The notes under the pieces are model-generated. The model searched no databases. It had not been told where the DNA came from and saw nothing but the letters and a program-made list of their open reading frames with translations. A stretch of DNA of 33,989 bases from a virus (lineage: Duplodnaviria > Caudoviricetes), in the IMG/VR virus record IMGVR_UViG_3300045999_010702, positions 1 through 33,989 of that record; one strand, written 5' to 3'. Shown in pieces: positions 16,713-24,568 of the stretch; position 1 is the first letter of the stretch; the number at the start of each line of letters is the position of its first letter. Made by a program: the position numbers and the translations under genes.

Positions 16713-16776
16713 AACTTGTAAGCCGTACTTACACGTTGCCAGAACGTGTTAAACATTCCGGAATTTCCGGACAGTT
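16713..16776. repeat. Two 25-bp AAC...GTT imperfect palindromes
   Basis: AACTTGTAAGCCGTACTTACACGTT (16713-16737) and AACATTCCGGAATTTCCGGACAGTT (16752-16776). Confidence 0.8.
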
Positions 16777-16790
16777 CCCCCACCTCTTAA

Positions 16791-16997
16791 ATGACTGACA
16801 TTCTTGACGACAACCACTACGAGTGGGAATTGGAGGATGACGAAGGCGAATGGCAAGCCGGTGGCTCAGCCAACAGCCTGGAAGATGTACAGCGTGAAGG
16901 GATGCGTTATCTGCAGACCTACGCTCAAGAAGGATTTCACAGGCTAATTATCCGTCGGCACTGCACAAGAACTATTCAGGTGATTACCAATGGCTGA
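16791..16997 (+). CDS. Hypothetical acidic protein (array gene)
   Basis: YEWELEDDEGEWQAGGSAN; coupled to the next gene. Confidence 0.65.
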   Translation: MTDILDDNHYEWELEDDEGEWQAGGSANSLEDVQREGMRYLQTYAQEGFHRLIIRRHCTRTIQVITNG

Positions 16998-17214
16998 ACT
17001 TTCACCCGCTGCTCAGGCAGTTTTAACGGCTGTGACGCTGACAAAATACGACGTACCTCCAGAAGGGTTGCCTGCTTTTGCTGAGGAGATGGCACCTTTG
17101 CTCGCCGCCGCCCTTCGCGCTGCTGCGGATCAGGTGGTCATCAAACTGGCAGGACTTGGACAAGAAAGCGCCTGGTATTTGGAAGAGATCGCCGCCGAAC
17201 TTGAAGCCCAGTAG
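16990..17214 (+). CDS. Hypothetical protein (array gene)
   Basis: MAELSPAAQAVL...LAAALRAAADQV...IAAELE. Confidence 0.7.
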   Translation: MAELSPAAQAVLTAVTLTKYDVPPEGLPAFAEEMAPLLAAALRAAADQVVIKLAGLGQESAWYLEEIAAELEAQ

Positions 17215-17222
17215 TCGTAACC

Positions 17223-17813
17223 ATGGCACAACGATCTCCTTTACCTCCGCTTGAAGTTTTGCAGCAGCACTTCGAGGTTGTTCCTGTCAATGATTTCCAA
17301 ATCGATAGTGGGTTGATTTGGATTAAGCCGACCTTCCACGCTATGAAACCTGGTGATGTAGCCGGCACGTTGGTGCGTAATTGGCGTCAACCACATCGTC
17401 TTGATTGGCGTGTGCGCTTTCAGTACAAGGGCTACCTTGTCTCCAGGGTTATTTATATGCTCCACCACGGGGTCGATCCAGGGGAACTAACTGTTGATCA
17501 TGTTGACCGCAATCCTCTCAACAACAACATTGAAAACTTGGAGCTAGCCACCTACTCAGACCAGACGCTTAACCAACAAATCAGCACTCGCAATACGTCC
17601 GGCGCAAGAGGCGTCAGTTGGTCAGCAGGAGTAAAAAGCTGGATTGCGCAGATTGGCGTAGACAACAAGCTCGTGAAGCTGGGTACTTTCACCTGCAAGA
17701 TTGAAGCGGCTAAGGCGTACAACGATGCGCTGTTGGCAAGATCTCCAGCTCGCTACGAAAGCGTCAAGAACAATTTGGCGCAGGTAAGTTGCGACTGTCC
17801 TCAGTGCAGCTAG
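17223..17813 (+). CDS. HNH-AP2 homing endonuclease
   Basis: VDHVDRNPLNNNIENL, then NTSGARGVSW..W.AQI...LGTF...EAAKAYN. Confidence 0.9.
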   Translation: MAQRSPLPPLEVLQQHFEVVPVNDFQIDSGLIWIKPTFHAMKPGDVAGTLVRNWRQPHRLDWRVRFQYKGYLVSRVIYMLHHGVDPGELTVDHVDRNPLNNNIENLELATYSDQTLNQQISTRNTSGARGVSWSAGVKSWIAQIGVDNKLVKLGTFTCKIEAAKAYNDALLARSPARYESVKNNLAQVSCDCPQCS

Positions 17814-17843
17814 CCAAACCTCGTATCCAGACCCACTAAAACC

Positions 17844-18143
17844 ATGAGCGACTACGACGACGTCATTGACTATTACTCGTTGCTAGCCATGCAAAACCCA
17901 GGCAAATGCACGTATCACGGCCCAAGCGAACCCGATGACCTTATCGACCGCCTCCGCAACGCCTACCAGTGCTGCAGTGAATGCGGCAACAAATATGGCG
18001 TTTATAGCGTTGGGTGCAGCAGCTTCTGGATCGGCAAGTGCGACGTGTGCGGCGCCGAGACTAGCGTCACGGAAACGCGCGACTACGCTTACTTGATCAC
18101 AGGAATCCGCCGTGTGGAGGCTGCTCGCAAAAGCGCTGGGTGA
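17844..18143 (+). CDS. Zn-ribbon hypothetical protein
   Basis: CSECGNKYG...CDVCG...VTETRDYAYL. Confidence 0.7.
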   Translation: MSDYDDVIDYYSLLAMQNPGKCTYHGPSEPDDLIDRLRNAYQCCSECGNKYGVYSVGCSSFWIGKCDVCGAETSVTETRDYAYLITGIRRVEAARKSAG

Positions 18144-18399
18144 GAAGGCGAGCCCCTGCAGCCGCGAGTCAGATCGGGTTGCGCTGATCCGGCTCGTGAT
18201 CCTGGCCAGTTACCTGATCACGAATTGTTTCATCGTTGCGGGCGTCATTCGACATTGGGGGCCGAAGCGTCCGGAGTACCCGGCTGTAAGGCACTTGCAG
18301 TGCTCTGGCGATCGCAGCAGCCTTCATGCCACCACGGTGCATGAAGAAGATCAGTTCGCGGTCGAAGGTCTCGGCCATGGAGCTGGACAATTCGTGTAG
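18112..18399 (+). CDS. Small membrane protein of cyanophage type
   Basis: MWRLLAKALGEK...DRVALIR...YLITNCFIVAGVIRHW. Confidence 0.6.
   Translation: MWRLLAKALGEKASPCSRESDRVALIRLVILASYLITNCFIVAGVIRHWGPKRPEYPAVRHLQCSGDRSSLHATTVHEEDQFAVEGLGHGAGQFV
18169..18378 (-). CDS. Possible HTH protein, antisense-overlapping
   Basis: MAETFDRELIFFMHRGGMKAAAIARALQVPYSRVLRTL is an HTH pattern. Confidence 0.45.
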   Translation of the reverse strand: MAETFDRELIFFMHRGGMKAAAIARALQVPYSRVLRTLRPPMSNDARNDETIRDQVTGQDHEPDQRNPI

Positions 18400-18435
18400 G
18401 GCTATGGTAGCCTTTATAGGTACCTTTATCCACTT

Positions 18436-18600
18436 ATGACTCCAGAAGAATTTCGGGACGCATTGGTCCCAATTCGAGACCAGCTTGATCAGGTGCTCGG
18501 CAAGATTTACTGGCAAGACGGGATGGCGGAGTCATTTCTCGCGCTCCGCCACTCACTCGAAAACCTAAAACTCGCTCGCGACTTATCTCATCGTGTCTGA
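18436..18600 (+). CDS. Small hypothetical protein (not in ORF track)
   Basis: MTPEEFRDALVPIRDQLDQVLGKIYW..., 54 aa, overlapping the next start. Confidence 0.55.
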   Translation: MTPEEFRDALVPIRDQLDQVLGKIYWQDGMAESFLALRHSLENLKLARDLSHRV

Positions 18601-19429
18601 TTACCACTCACATCCAGCGCTGTCAGCATCAAAGCTCAAGACAATTATTAGTGGCACGCCCCGTGACTACTGGGCAAAGCACGTCGATCCAGATCGCAAG
18701 CCATTCCTGCCCACGGATGCAATGCGCCAGGGCAGCTTGGTCGATTGCCTGATCACTGAACCTCACGAATACGCCACTCGCTACCTTGTCGCTCCACAGT
18801 GCGATCGTCGCACCAAAGAGGGAAAAGCGATTTGGTCCGAGTTTCAGTCCGAAGCAGCCGGTCGCGAGGTTATTACTCGCGACTGGGAAGACAATGCCCT
18901 GCGTGTCGTGGAAGCGCTGATGCGCGATCCAGATGCGGCGCCACTGCTAAGGGATGGCCAAGGTCAGGAGCCGCATTTCTGGCACGACAACCTGATGGAG
19001 GTCGACTGCCGGTATAAACCAGACGTGGAGCATCCTGATCGCGGCATTCTTGTGGACCTTAAAAAGGCACGGTCCGCGAGTCCCCGGATGTTTGCAGCGC
19101 AGTCGTATTCACTGGCGTATGACCTGCAGATGGCGCATTACAGCGCCGGCTGGACAGATCGCTATGGCGTGCCACCACACACCTGCGTTTTGATCGCGTA
19201 TGAGTGGCAGTGGCCGCACAACATCAGCGTCAACGTGCTGTCACCCGATCTGATCGAGGAAGGTCATCGTCGCCGTGAGGAAGCGATCGTTGCAGTGAAG
19301 CGCTGCTGGGAGAGCGGAGTCTGGCCATCGTGGGGCACCGTTGAGATGGATACACCGCGTTGGGCGCATGCAGATGATCCTGCGAATGCGACCGATGCTG
19401 ATGATCTTGAACTGGAGGGACTGGAATGA
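18593..19429 (+). CDS. RecE / exonuclease VIII-like PD-(D/E)XK nuclease
   Basis: YHSHPALSASKLK, CRYKPD, VDLKK and YDLQMAHY motifs. Confidence 0.9.
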   Translation: MSDYHSHPALSASKLKTIISGTPRDYWAKHVDPDRKPFLPTDAMRQGSLVDCLITEPHEYATRYLVAPQCDRRTKEGKAIWSEFQSEAAGREVITRDWEDNALRVVEALMRDPDAAPLLRDGQGQEPHFWHDNLMEVDCRYKPDVEHPDRGILVDLKKARSASPRMFAAQSYSLAYDLQMAHYSAGWTDRYGVPPHTCVLIAYEWQWPHNISVNVLSPDLIEEGHRRREEAIVAVKRCWESGVWPSWGTVEMDTPRWAHADDPANATDADDLELEGLE

Positions 19430-19974
19430 ATTTTGATGAGCTGTATCCGGGCCGTTTTTTGAAAGCCGGCCTGATCCCGAATGGGAAGGCGAATTACACG
19501 ATCAAATCTGTTGCGAAGGAGCAGATCGAAGGTGAACGCGGCCTTGAAGACAAGGTTGTGATGGGGTTCGAAGAAACCGCATTGCAGCTAGTTCTGCCGA
19601 AGGTGAATGCCGTTGCGGTCCGGGCGATGTTCGGCAGTGATGTGCAGCAGTGGATTGGGAAGCGGCTGACGTTGTATGCGACGACGGACATCATGCCCTT
19701 CCCTAAGCGCAGGAACGAGCCCTGTATTCGCGTGTTCGGCAGCCCCGACATCCGCGAGCAGGTGGTGTGCGAGTGGCAGCCACCAAAACGGCGAAAGCTG
19801 GTGCAGACGTTGCAGCCAACTGGCTATTACGTGACAGCGTGGAATGCGATCCATCAAGCTACGCCAGATCAAATGCCAGCGATGCGCGCCAGGGTTGATC
19901 AGCTCACGGCAGCGGGCGAGCTAACGGCTGAAGAAGCAACGCAATTGGTTGCTGCAATCGAGGCAAGAGTGTAG
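19426..19974 (+). CDS. Putative ssDNA-binding/annealing partner of RecE
   Basis: FLKA..YTIKSV..E...K.VMGF...LVL.KVN...FG.D...WIGKRLTLY...IRV family, directly after the exonuclease. Confidence 0.55.
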   Translation: MNFDELYPGRFLKAGLIPNGKANYTIKSVAKEQIEGERGLEDKVVMGFEETALQLVLPKVNAVAVRAMFGSDVQQWIGKRLTLYATTDIMPFPKRRNEPCIRVFGSPDIREQVVCEWQPPKRRKLVQTLQPTGYYVTAWNAIHQATPDQMPAMRARVDQLTAAGELTAEEATQLVAAIEARV

Positions 19975-20005
19975 TCTATTTATCGAGTTCGTTTTATTTT
20001 GCGTT

Positions 20006-20338
20006 ATGTCGGAGTTCGAGAAGGTGTCAATGGAAGAGGCGCGCAGTCGCACTGCGCGTCGCAGCAAGACCAGTCCACTGCGCGACGAAATTCTCGCCAT
20101 GCAGGCAGGTGACGCGATCTCCGTTTCGTTCTATAATTCGGAAACGGGCGAGGGGTACAAACCGACCACGATCGCCCAGGTCGTCAGCCAGATGTCGAAA
20201 GACGGTGAGCTGCGATATTCGATGCGCAAAAACACTGATGGCGACGGCTGTTACGTGATGTGCATCGCCAAAACCCCTGAGGATGCATTGCGTCCGAAGC
20301 GTGGTCGGAAGCCCAAAATCCAGGAGACAGTCTCTTGA
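20006..20338 (+). CDS. Basic putative DNA-binding protein
   Basis: MSEFEKVS...ILAMQAGDAISV...; C-terminal KRGRKPK AT-hook-like motif. Confidence 0.6.
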   Translation: MSEFEKVSMEEARSRTARRSKTSPLRDEILAMQAGDAISVSFYNSETGEGYKPTTIAQVVSQMSKDGELRYSMRKNTDGDGCYVMCIAKTPEDALRPKRGRKPKIQETVS

Positions 20339-20754
20339 CTTTTACCGCTAGTGGCGCGCTGTTTCAACAGACCGCAGAGCAACTTCAACAGCGTCTTGGT
20401 GATCGTTACGATGCATCCAAGAATTACCCGCAATATGACGGGATTATGAACATCCCGGCTGATCAAGCGTACGCGCTTGCTCAGTACCTCATGAACGGGC
20501 AGCCGATTGGTGAGCGGCAGGAGATTCCTATTCGGATCTCGGGCTGGAAGAAGCAATCGCAAGCAGGCAAGCCGTATCTGAGCTTGAGCTTCAAGCCCGA
20601 TTCGCGTGTGCAGCAGGCTGCTCCCGCTCCGGCGGCGCCGCCCGCACCCGCACCCGTGGCTGCACCTCCCGCTGTGGTGCAACAAGCTGCGCAACAGGTC
20701 GCGACTGCATTTAACGGTGCAGTATCGACCATCGAAGACGAACTGCCCTTCTGA
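20335..20754 (+). CDS. Single-stranded DNA-binding protein (DUF736-like)
   Basis: YPQYDG..., ISGWKKQSQAGKPYLSL, a Pro/Ala linker and an acidic tip EDELPF. Confidence 0.75.
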   Translation: MTFTASGALFQQTAEQLQQRLGDRYDASKNYPQYDGIMNIPADQAYALAQYLMNGQPIGERQEIPIRISGWKKQSQAGKPYLSLSFKPDSRVQQAAPAPAAPPAPAPVAAPPAVVQQAAQQVATAFNGAVSTIEDELPF

Positions 20755-20761
20755 TCAACCT

Positions 20762-20787
20762 GGGGCGGCCTTTGTCGCCCCTTACTT
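20762..20787 (+). terminator. Probable intrinsic terminator
   Basis: GGGGCGGC-CTTT-GTCGCCCC hairpin followed by TTACTT, after the SSB stop. Confidence 0.55.
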
Positions 20788-20796
20788 CGCGAAATT

Positions 20797-21222
20797 ATGG
20801 AATTTACTTTCAACAGCAAATCCCTAGAGCGTCAAGTTGCGCTGCATGAAATCCACGAGCTAACTGCACCTGATGCGCGCAAACTGCATGCAGAGTTAGT
20901 GATCGCCGTCCAAGCAATGGACGATAAGGTCAACGAAGCGCAAGTTGCAGCGCAGGCTTCAGGAATTCCGGCCGATAAGGACTGGATTCATCGCGTCAAG
21001 AAGAAGCGCCGCATCTGCGTTGCATTTGCCACACAGGTAAAGCAGGCGATGGAGGCTGCGCCCACGCCAGCAGCGCAACCCACGAGTTTCGTGACCGTCT
21101 ATCAGCAAAGGCTGGACGAGCTTTTACTCGAGGAGCTTGGCCAGGTTGTATTTGACGAGATCAAGGCCGAAGCGAGGGATCTTGCGCTTGCAGATCTTCA
21201 AGTGCCAGTTCAAGGCGCATGA
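20797..21222 (+). CDS. Hypothetical helical protein
   Basis: 141-aa ORF with DKDWIHRVKKK. Confidence 0.65.
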   Translation: MEFTFNSKSLERQVALHEIHELTAPDARKLHAELVIAVQAMDDKVNEAQVAAQASGIPADKDWIHRVKKKRRICVAFATQVKQAMEAAPTPAAQPTSFVTVYQQRLDELLLEELGQVVFDEIKAEARDLALADLQVPVQGA

Positions 21223-21364
21223 TCTCCCAGACTGCTTGCTGTAGCAGGTCTTGGTACATCACACAGGAGCGATAGAGGCTAGCCTCACGCTCCGTCATCG
21301 AACGAGCAGCGAGTTCATGCTGCAACTCCTGCTCGGGTGAAATGTTATTTCTAATCCATTCCAT
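21161..21364 (-). CDS. Hypothetical protein
   Basis: MEWIRNNISPEQELQHE...LLQQAVWEIMRLE; divergent from 21373. Confidence 0.55.
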   Translation of the reverse strand: MEWIRNNISPEQELQHELAARSMTEREASLYRSCVMYQDLLQQAVWEIMRLELALEDLQAQDPSLRP

Positions 21365-21372
21365 TTTTCATC

Positions 21373-21585
21373 ATGCATTGGATCGAGGAAGATGCTGGCA
21401 AGACGCAGCATGGGGAAGGAATTAGCAGGGCGCCAGCGGGTGCTAAAACGAAATTGTTTAATTTAATCGTAAAGCAATCAGGCGCAAGGCCCATGAAATT
21501 CAGCATTCCCGCAGAATCACCTGCGCGTGCAAAACAATATGCTGCTGCGCGCTGGCCGTTGGCTCAGGTGGAGGTGGTGAAGTGA
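21373..21585 (+). CDS. Hypothetical protein
   Basis: GEGISR...ARPMK...AESPARAKQYAAARWP. Confidence 0.65.
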   Translation: MHWIEEDAGKTQHGEGISRAPAGAKTKLFNLIVKQSGARPMKFSIPAESPARAKQYAAARWPLAQVEVVK

Positions 21586-22217
21586 GCCGCGTCAGTTTGG
21601 TGCATTGCACGCCGGATGCGGAGAAGCTGATCGTGCGTATGGCGCGCGTATCCAATCCATCGAATCAGGAGAACGACGAGACAGCGCCTCGGCTGCTGCG
21701 TTACCTGATCAAGCACTCGCACTGGTCACCCTTCCAAATGGCGACAATGTGCGTGCAAATTGATACTGAGCGTGATATTGCCGCCCAGATTTTGCGGCAT
21801 TCTTCGTTTGCATTTCAAGAGTTTTCAACTCGCTATTCCAAAACTGATATAGCTGACGCGCCACATCAGCGACTACAGGATCACAAGAACCGGCAAAACA
21901 GCATCGATGAGCTTGAGCCTCAGATGCAGGAGTACTGGGCAGAGCGCACCAGTGATGTGATCGCGCGGTCATTCACCCTGTACGAGCAGATGCTCGAGGA
22001 GGGCATCGCCAAGGAGACCGCACGCCGGATTCTGCCTTTGTGTACGCCTACGACGCTATACATGTGCTCTTCACTTCGATCGTGGCTGCATTATATACAG
22101 CTCAGGTCTGGCCCAGAAACCCAGCTCGAGCACCGCGAAGTAGCTCTAGCTTGCCGCAATATCTTCGCCGAACAATTCCCCGTCATCGCGGAGGCAGCAT
22201 TCGGTGAGATGCCCTAG
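21582..22217 (+). CDS. thyX: FAD-dependent thymidylate synthase
   Basis: ARVSNP, HWSPFQ, QILRHSSFAFQEFSTRY, KETARRILP, RSWLHYIQLR and TQLEH motifs. Confidence 0.95.
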   Translation: MSRVSLVHCTPDAEKLIVRMARVSNPSNQENDETAPRLLRYLIKHSHWSPFQMATMCVQIDTERDIAAQILRHSSFAFQEFSTRYSKTDIADAPHQRLQDHKNRQNSIDELEPQMQEYWAERTSDVIARSFTLYEQMLEEGIAKETARRILPLCTPTTLYMCSSLRSWLHYIQLRSGPETQLEHREVALACRNIFAEQFPVIAEAAFGEMP

Positions 22218-22428
22218 CTGCGATCACTACGAAATGCGCGTGACGCACACTGCCAGAGACACCAGTGAGTCCATTACAAGACATCGCAAATGCTTGAAAT
22301 GCGGCTACAAAACATTCACCGTTGAAGTTGAGCTACCGCAAGGCGCTGCACAGCACAACAGAGGCGAACCCAGGATCGTTCGCCTGCCCTCTTACCGTCG
22401 CGTTACCTTTCCAGATGGCAGCCCCTAA
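22204..22428 (+). CDS. NrdR-like Zn-ribbon protein
   Basis: MRCPSC...V..T...TRHRKCLKCGYKTFTVE. Confidence 0.7.
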   Translation: MRCPSCDHYEMRVTHTARDTSESITRHRKCLKCGYKTFTVEVELPQGAAQHNRGEPRIVRLPSYRRVTFPDGSP

Positions 22429-22702
22429 AAATGCAAGGCCATGCATTACCTGTAATCGCATGACCACCAGTTTGCTGCAATGCCCGGCTTGTTACAAGAA
22501 GACCGATGCAGGCAAAGCTGAAGCGACCCTGAAGGGTCGGTTACAGAAATATAAGCCTGCGCATAATGGCGGTCCATGTGCGGCATGCTTGCACTGGATC
22601 GGTCGTTGCGGCCTCGGCCTGCCAGAAGGCGGGTCAGAATATGCCCGTGACTGCTCTGTACTTTTACTTCAAAACGAATTATGCGAGGCCACCCTTTCTT
22701 GA
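22415..22702 (+). CDS. Cys-rich hypothetical protein
   Basis: CITC..CPAC and CAACLHW..CGLGLPEG...ARDC. Confidence 0.6.
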   Translation: MAAPKNARPCITCNRMTTSLLQCPACYKKTDAGKAEATLKGRLQKYKPAHNGGPCAACLHWIGRCGLGLPEGGSEYARDCSVLLLQNELCEATLS

Positions 22703-22908
22703 ATCCCATCGAGGCGATCATTATCCGTTGGATTGTTCGCTCACCTCGTATTGGGGCAATTATTGTCAAGGAGCACGGTTCTCCCGTGACGTGGACGATT
22801 TCCGATCCCTCTGACTGCTGGGCGGTCGCGGTCGAAGATGAAGACATCCCTGAGCCTGCTTCGATGCAGCTTGAGCGGCTTTACCATTTGCCTGATGCCG
22901 ATCGCTAG
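22681..22908 (+). CDS. Hypothetical protein
   Basis: PFLNPIE...RSPRIG...EPASMQLERLYHLPD. Confidence 0.6.
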   Translation: MRGHPFLNPIEAIIIRWIVRSPRIGAIIVKEHGSPVTWTISDPSDCWAVAVEDEDIPEPASMQLERLYHLPDADR

Positions 22909-22999
22909 GGCATGTACCTGCCCAGCGCAGGCGTCGGATCATTCGGCGCTCATCCACTGACGTGGGGTGTCGACACGTATTTCAAACCTTGGTTTTTCG

Positions 23000-23239
23000 A
23001 TGGAAAAGTCGTTCATTGGGGCGTGCCAGTCTCTGACCGCCGAGAAGCTTTGCGAACCGCTGCAGCCATGGCAGATCGAGACCGGTAAGGCCGATTTCAT
23101 GGATTATCTGTACGACCTGTACGATCGCGACAACGAAGAGCCTGGTTTGCGCGGGACTTATACCGGCCTGTGGGAGCGGTTCAAGTCCGATACCGCTGAA
23201 ATCATGCGGGCTGGTCACATCACAACTGGAACTCTTTAA
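23000..23239 (+). CDS. Hypothetical protein
   Basis: DYLYDLYDR...GTYTGLWERF; TAATG coupling to the kinase. Confidence 0.6.
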   Translation: MEKSFIGACQSLTAEKLCEPLQPWQIETGKADFMDYLYDLYDRDNEEPGLRGTYTGLWERFKSDTAEIMRAGHITTGTL

Positions 23240-23775
23240 TGCAAAAGATTATTGGCCTTTACAGCCCGGCACCGCAGTCGGGCAAGTCAACTGTTGCGCT
23301 TGACCTTGAAAAGCGCGGTTACGTGATCGTGCCATTTGCCGAGACTCTCAAGCTAATGCTGATTCCCATGCTGGAATCACTCGGCTACGACAAGCATGGC
23401 GCGAATTATCTTGTCCATCAAGCCAAGCAGGTGGTCGTCGGCGACGCTGGTGTCAGCGTGCGGCATATGCTGCAAACGCTCGGCACTGAATGGGGCCGGC
23501 AGTGCATTCACCCTGAAATCTGGGTGCGCTGCTGGAAAGGTCGCGCTCAGCGGTACGACGCCGTAGTCGCTGATGACGTGCGCTTTCCCAACGAAGCCGC
23601 AATGGTCAAACTGCTTGGCGGCGAAATGTGGCACATCGAGCGGCCTGGCGTGCCGCGCGAACACGGTCATGCCAGCGAGGGCAGTCTTGATGGCTACGAC
23701 GGTTTTGATCGCTTTATCACAAATGATGGGACAATTGATGACTTGATCTCTAAACTCCGGGAAATACCCGTGTAG
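23239..23775 (+). CDS. Deoxynucleoside monophosphate kinase (T4 gp1-like)
   Basis: IIGL..PAPQSGKST, FAETLK, RHMLQTLGTEWGR, DDVRFPNE, HASE and NDGT motifs. Confidence 0.9.
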   Translation: MQKIIGLYSPAPQSGKSTVALDLEKRGYVIVPFAETLKLMLIPMLESLGYDKHGANYLVHQAKQVVVGDAGVSVRHMLQTLGTEWGRQCIHPEIWVRCWKGRAQRYDAVVADDVRFPNEAAMVKLLGGEMWHIERPGVPREHGHASEGSLDGYDGFDRFITNDGTIDDLISKLREIPV

Positions 23776-23777
23776 GA

Positions 23778-24083
23778 ATGGCAAGTCTGCGCTACCACGC
23801 TGGTCGGATGGTGCTTTTCGAGGCGCCACCCGGCTGGCGGGTTCGCATTAAGACAAAAAAGGGCAAGCTTGACCTGCCACTGAGTGCCACCACTCTTGAG
23901 GCAGCCGTACCAGAAGCCGAGCAGCTTTACGCCGACGCTCGTGCGATTGACGACAGTCATCCATATTGTCAGCAATGCATCCACTGGAAGGCAGTTGCGG
24001 CAAAATGTGATTTAGGGTTTCCAGAAGGGAGAGCATCCGGTGGCCGATTCGCAAGAGACTGCAGTGCCTACGGGGGCAATTGA
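23778..24083 (+). CDS. Hypothetical protein with C-terminal four-Cys motif
   Basis: CQQCIHW...CDLGFPEG...FARDCSAY. Confidence 0.65.
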   Translation: MASLRYHAGRMVLFEAPPGWRVRIKTKKGKLDLPLSATTLEAAVPEAEQLYADARAIDDSHPYCQQCIHWKAVAAKCDLGFPEGRASGGRFARDCSAYGGN

Positions 24084-24243
24084 CTGCGGCGAAGGCTTTT
24101 ACATCGAAATTGGCGAAGAGCCTGGCATCGGTGAAGTGCGCTATGCAGCTTGCATGCCAGGTGGCGCTATCTGTCGCTATGCCAATGATCTATGGCAGGC
24201 GCAAATTTATATTGAACACTTAAAGGGCAACCGATGCCAGTGA
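24040..24243 (+). CDS. Hypothetical protein
   Basis: Last rightward ORF; CMPGGAICRY..DLWQA. Confidence 0.55.
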   Translation: MADSQETAVPTGAIDCGEGFYIEIGEEPGIGEVRYAACMPGGAICRYANDLWQAQIYIEHLKGNRCQ

Positions 24244-24532
24244 TCCACTCGTAAACCTGTTGCGCGCGATGCCAGCTCCAATGGTGCTGCATTGTCCACC
24301 ACGTCCACAGTGACATGTGACCTTTAGACGCATTACAAGAAAGACAAGCGGGCACGCAGTTCTCAGGAACCGTGAGCCCGCCTTTCGCTTTTGGTTTGAC
24401 GTGATCGATTGTGGTGGCGTGACGACCGCAATATGCGCAGCAACCATGCCAAGCGTCAAAAATTGAAGCGCGAAATCGTTGTTTTGTGACCTTTTTGCTG
24501 ACCAGTTCGACGCCATCGATCTGGTGCATCAT
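24167..24532 (-). CDS. HNH endonuclease
   Basis: CAYC...TIDHVKPKAKGG...NCVPACLSCNASKG. Confidence 0.9.
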   Translation of the reverse strand: MMHQIDGVELVSKKVTKQRFRASIFDAWHGCCAYCGRHATTIDHVKPKAKGGLTVPENCVPACLSCNASKGHMSLWTWWTMQHHWSWHRAQQVYEWITGIGCPLSVQYKFAPAIDHWHSDR

Positions 24533-24568
24533 GAGGCGAGTCCAGACTCGCTTCTACGGTAGCTAGTA

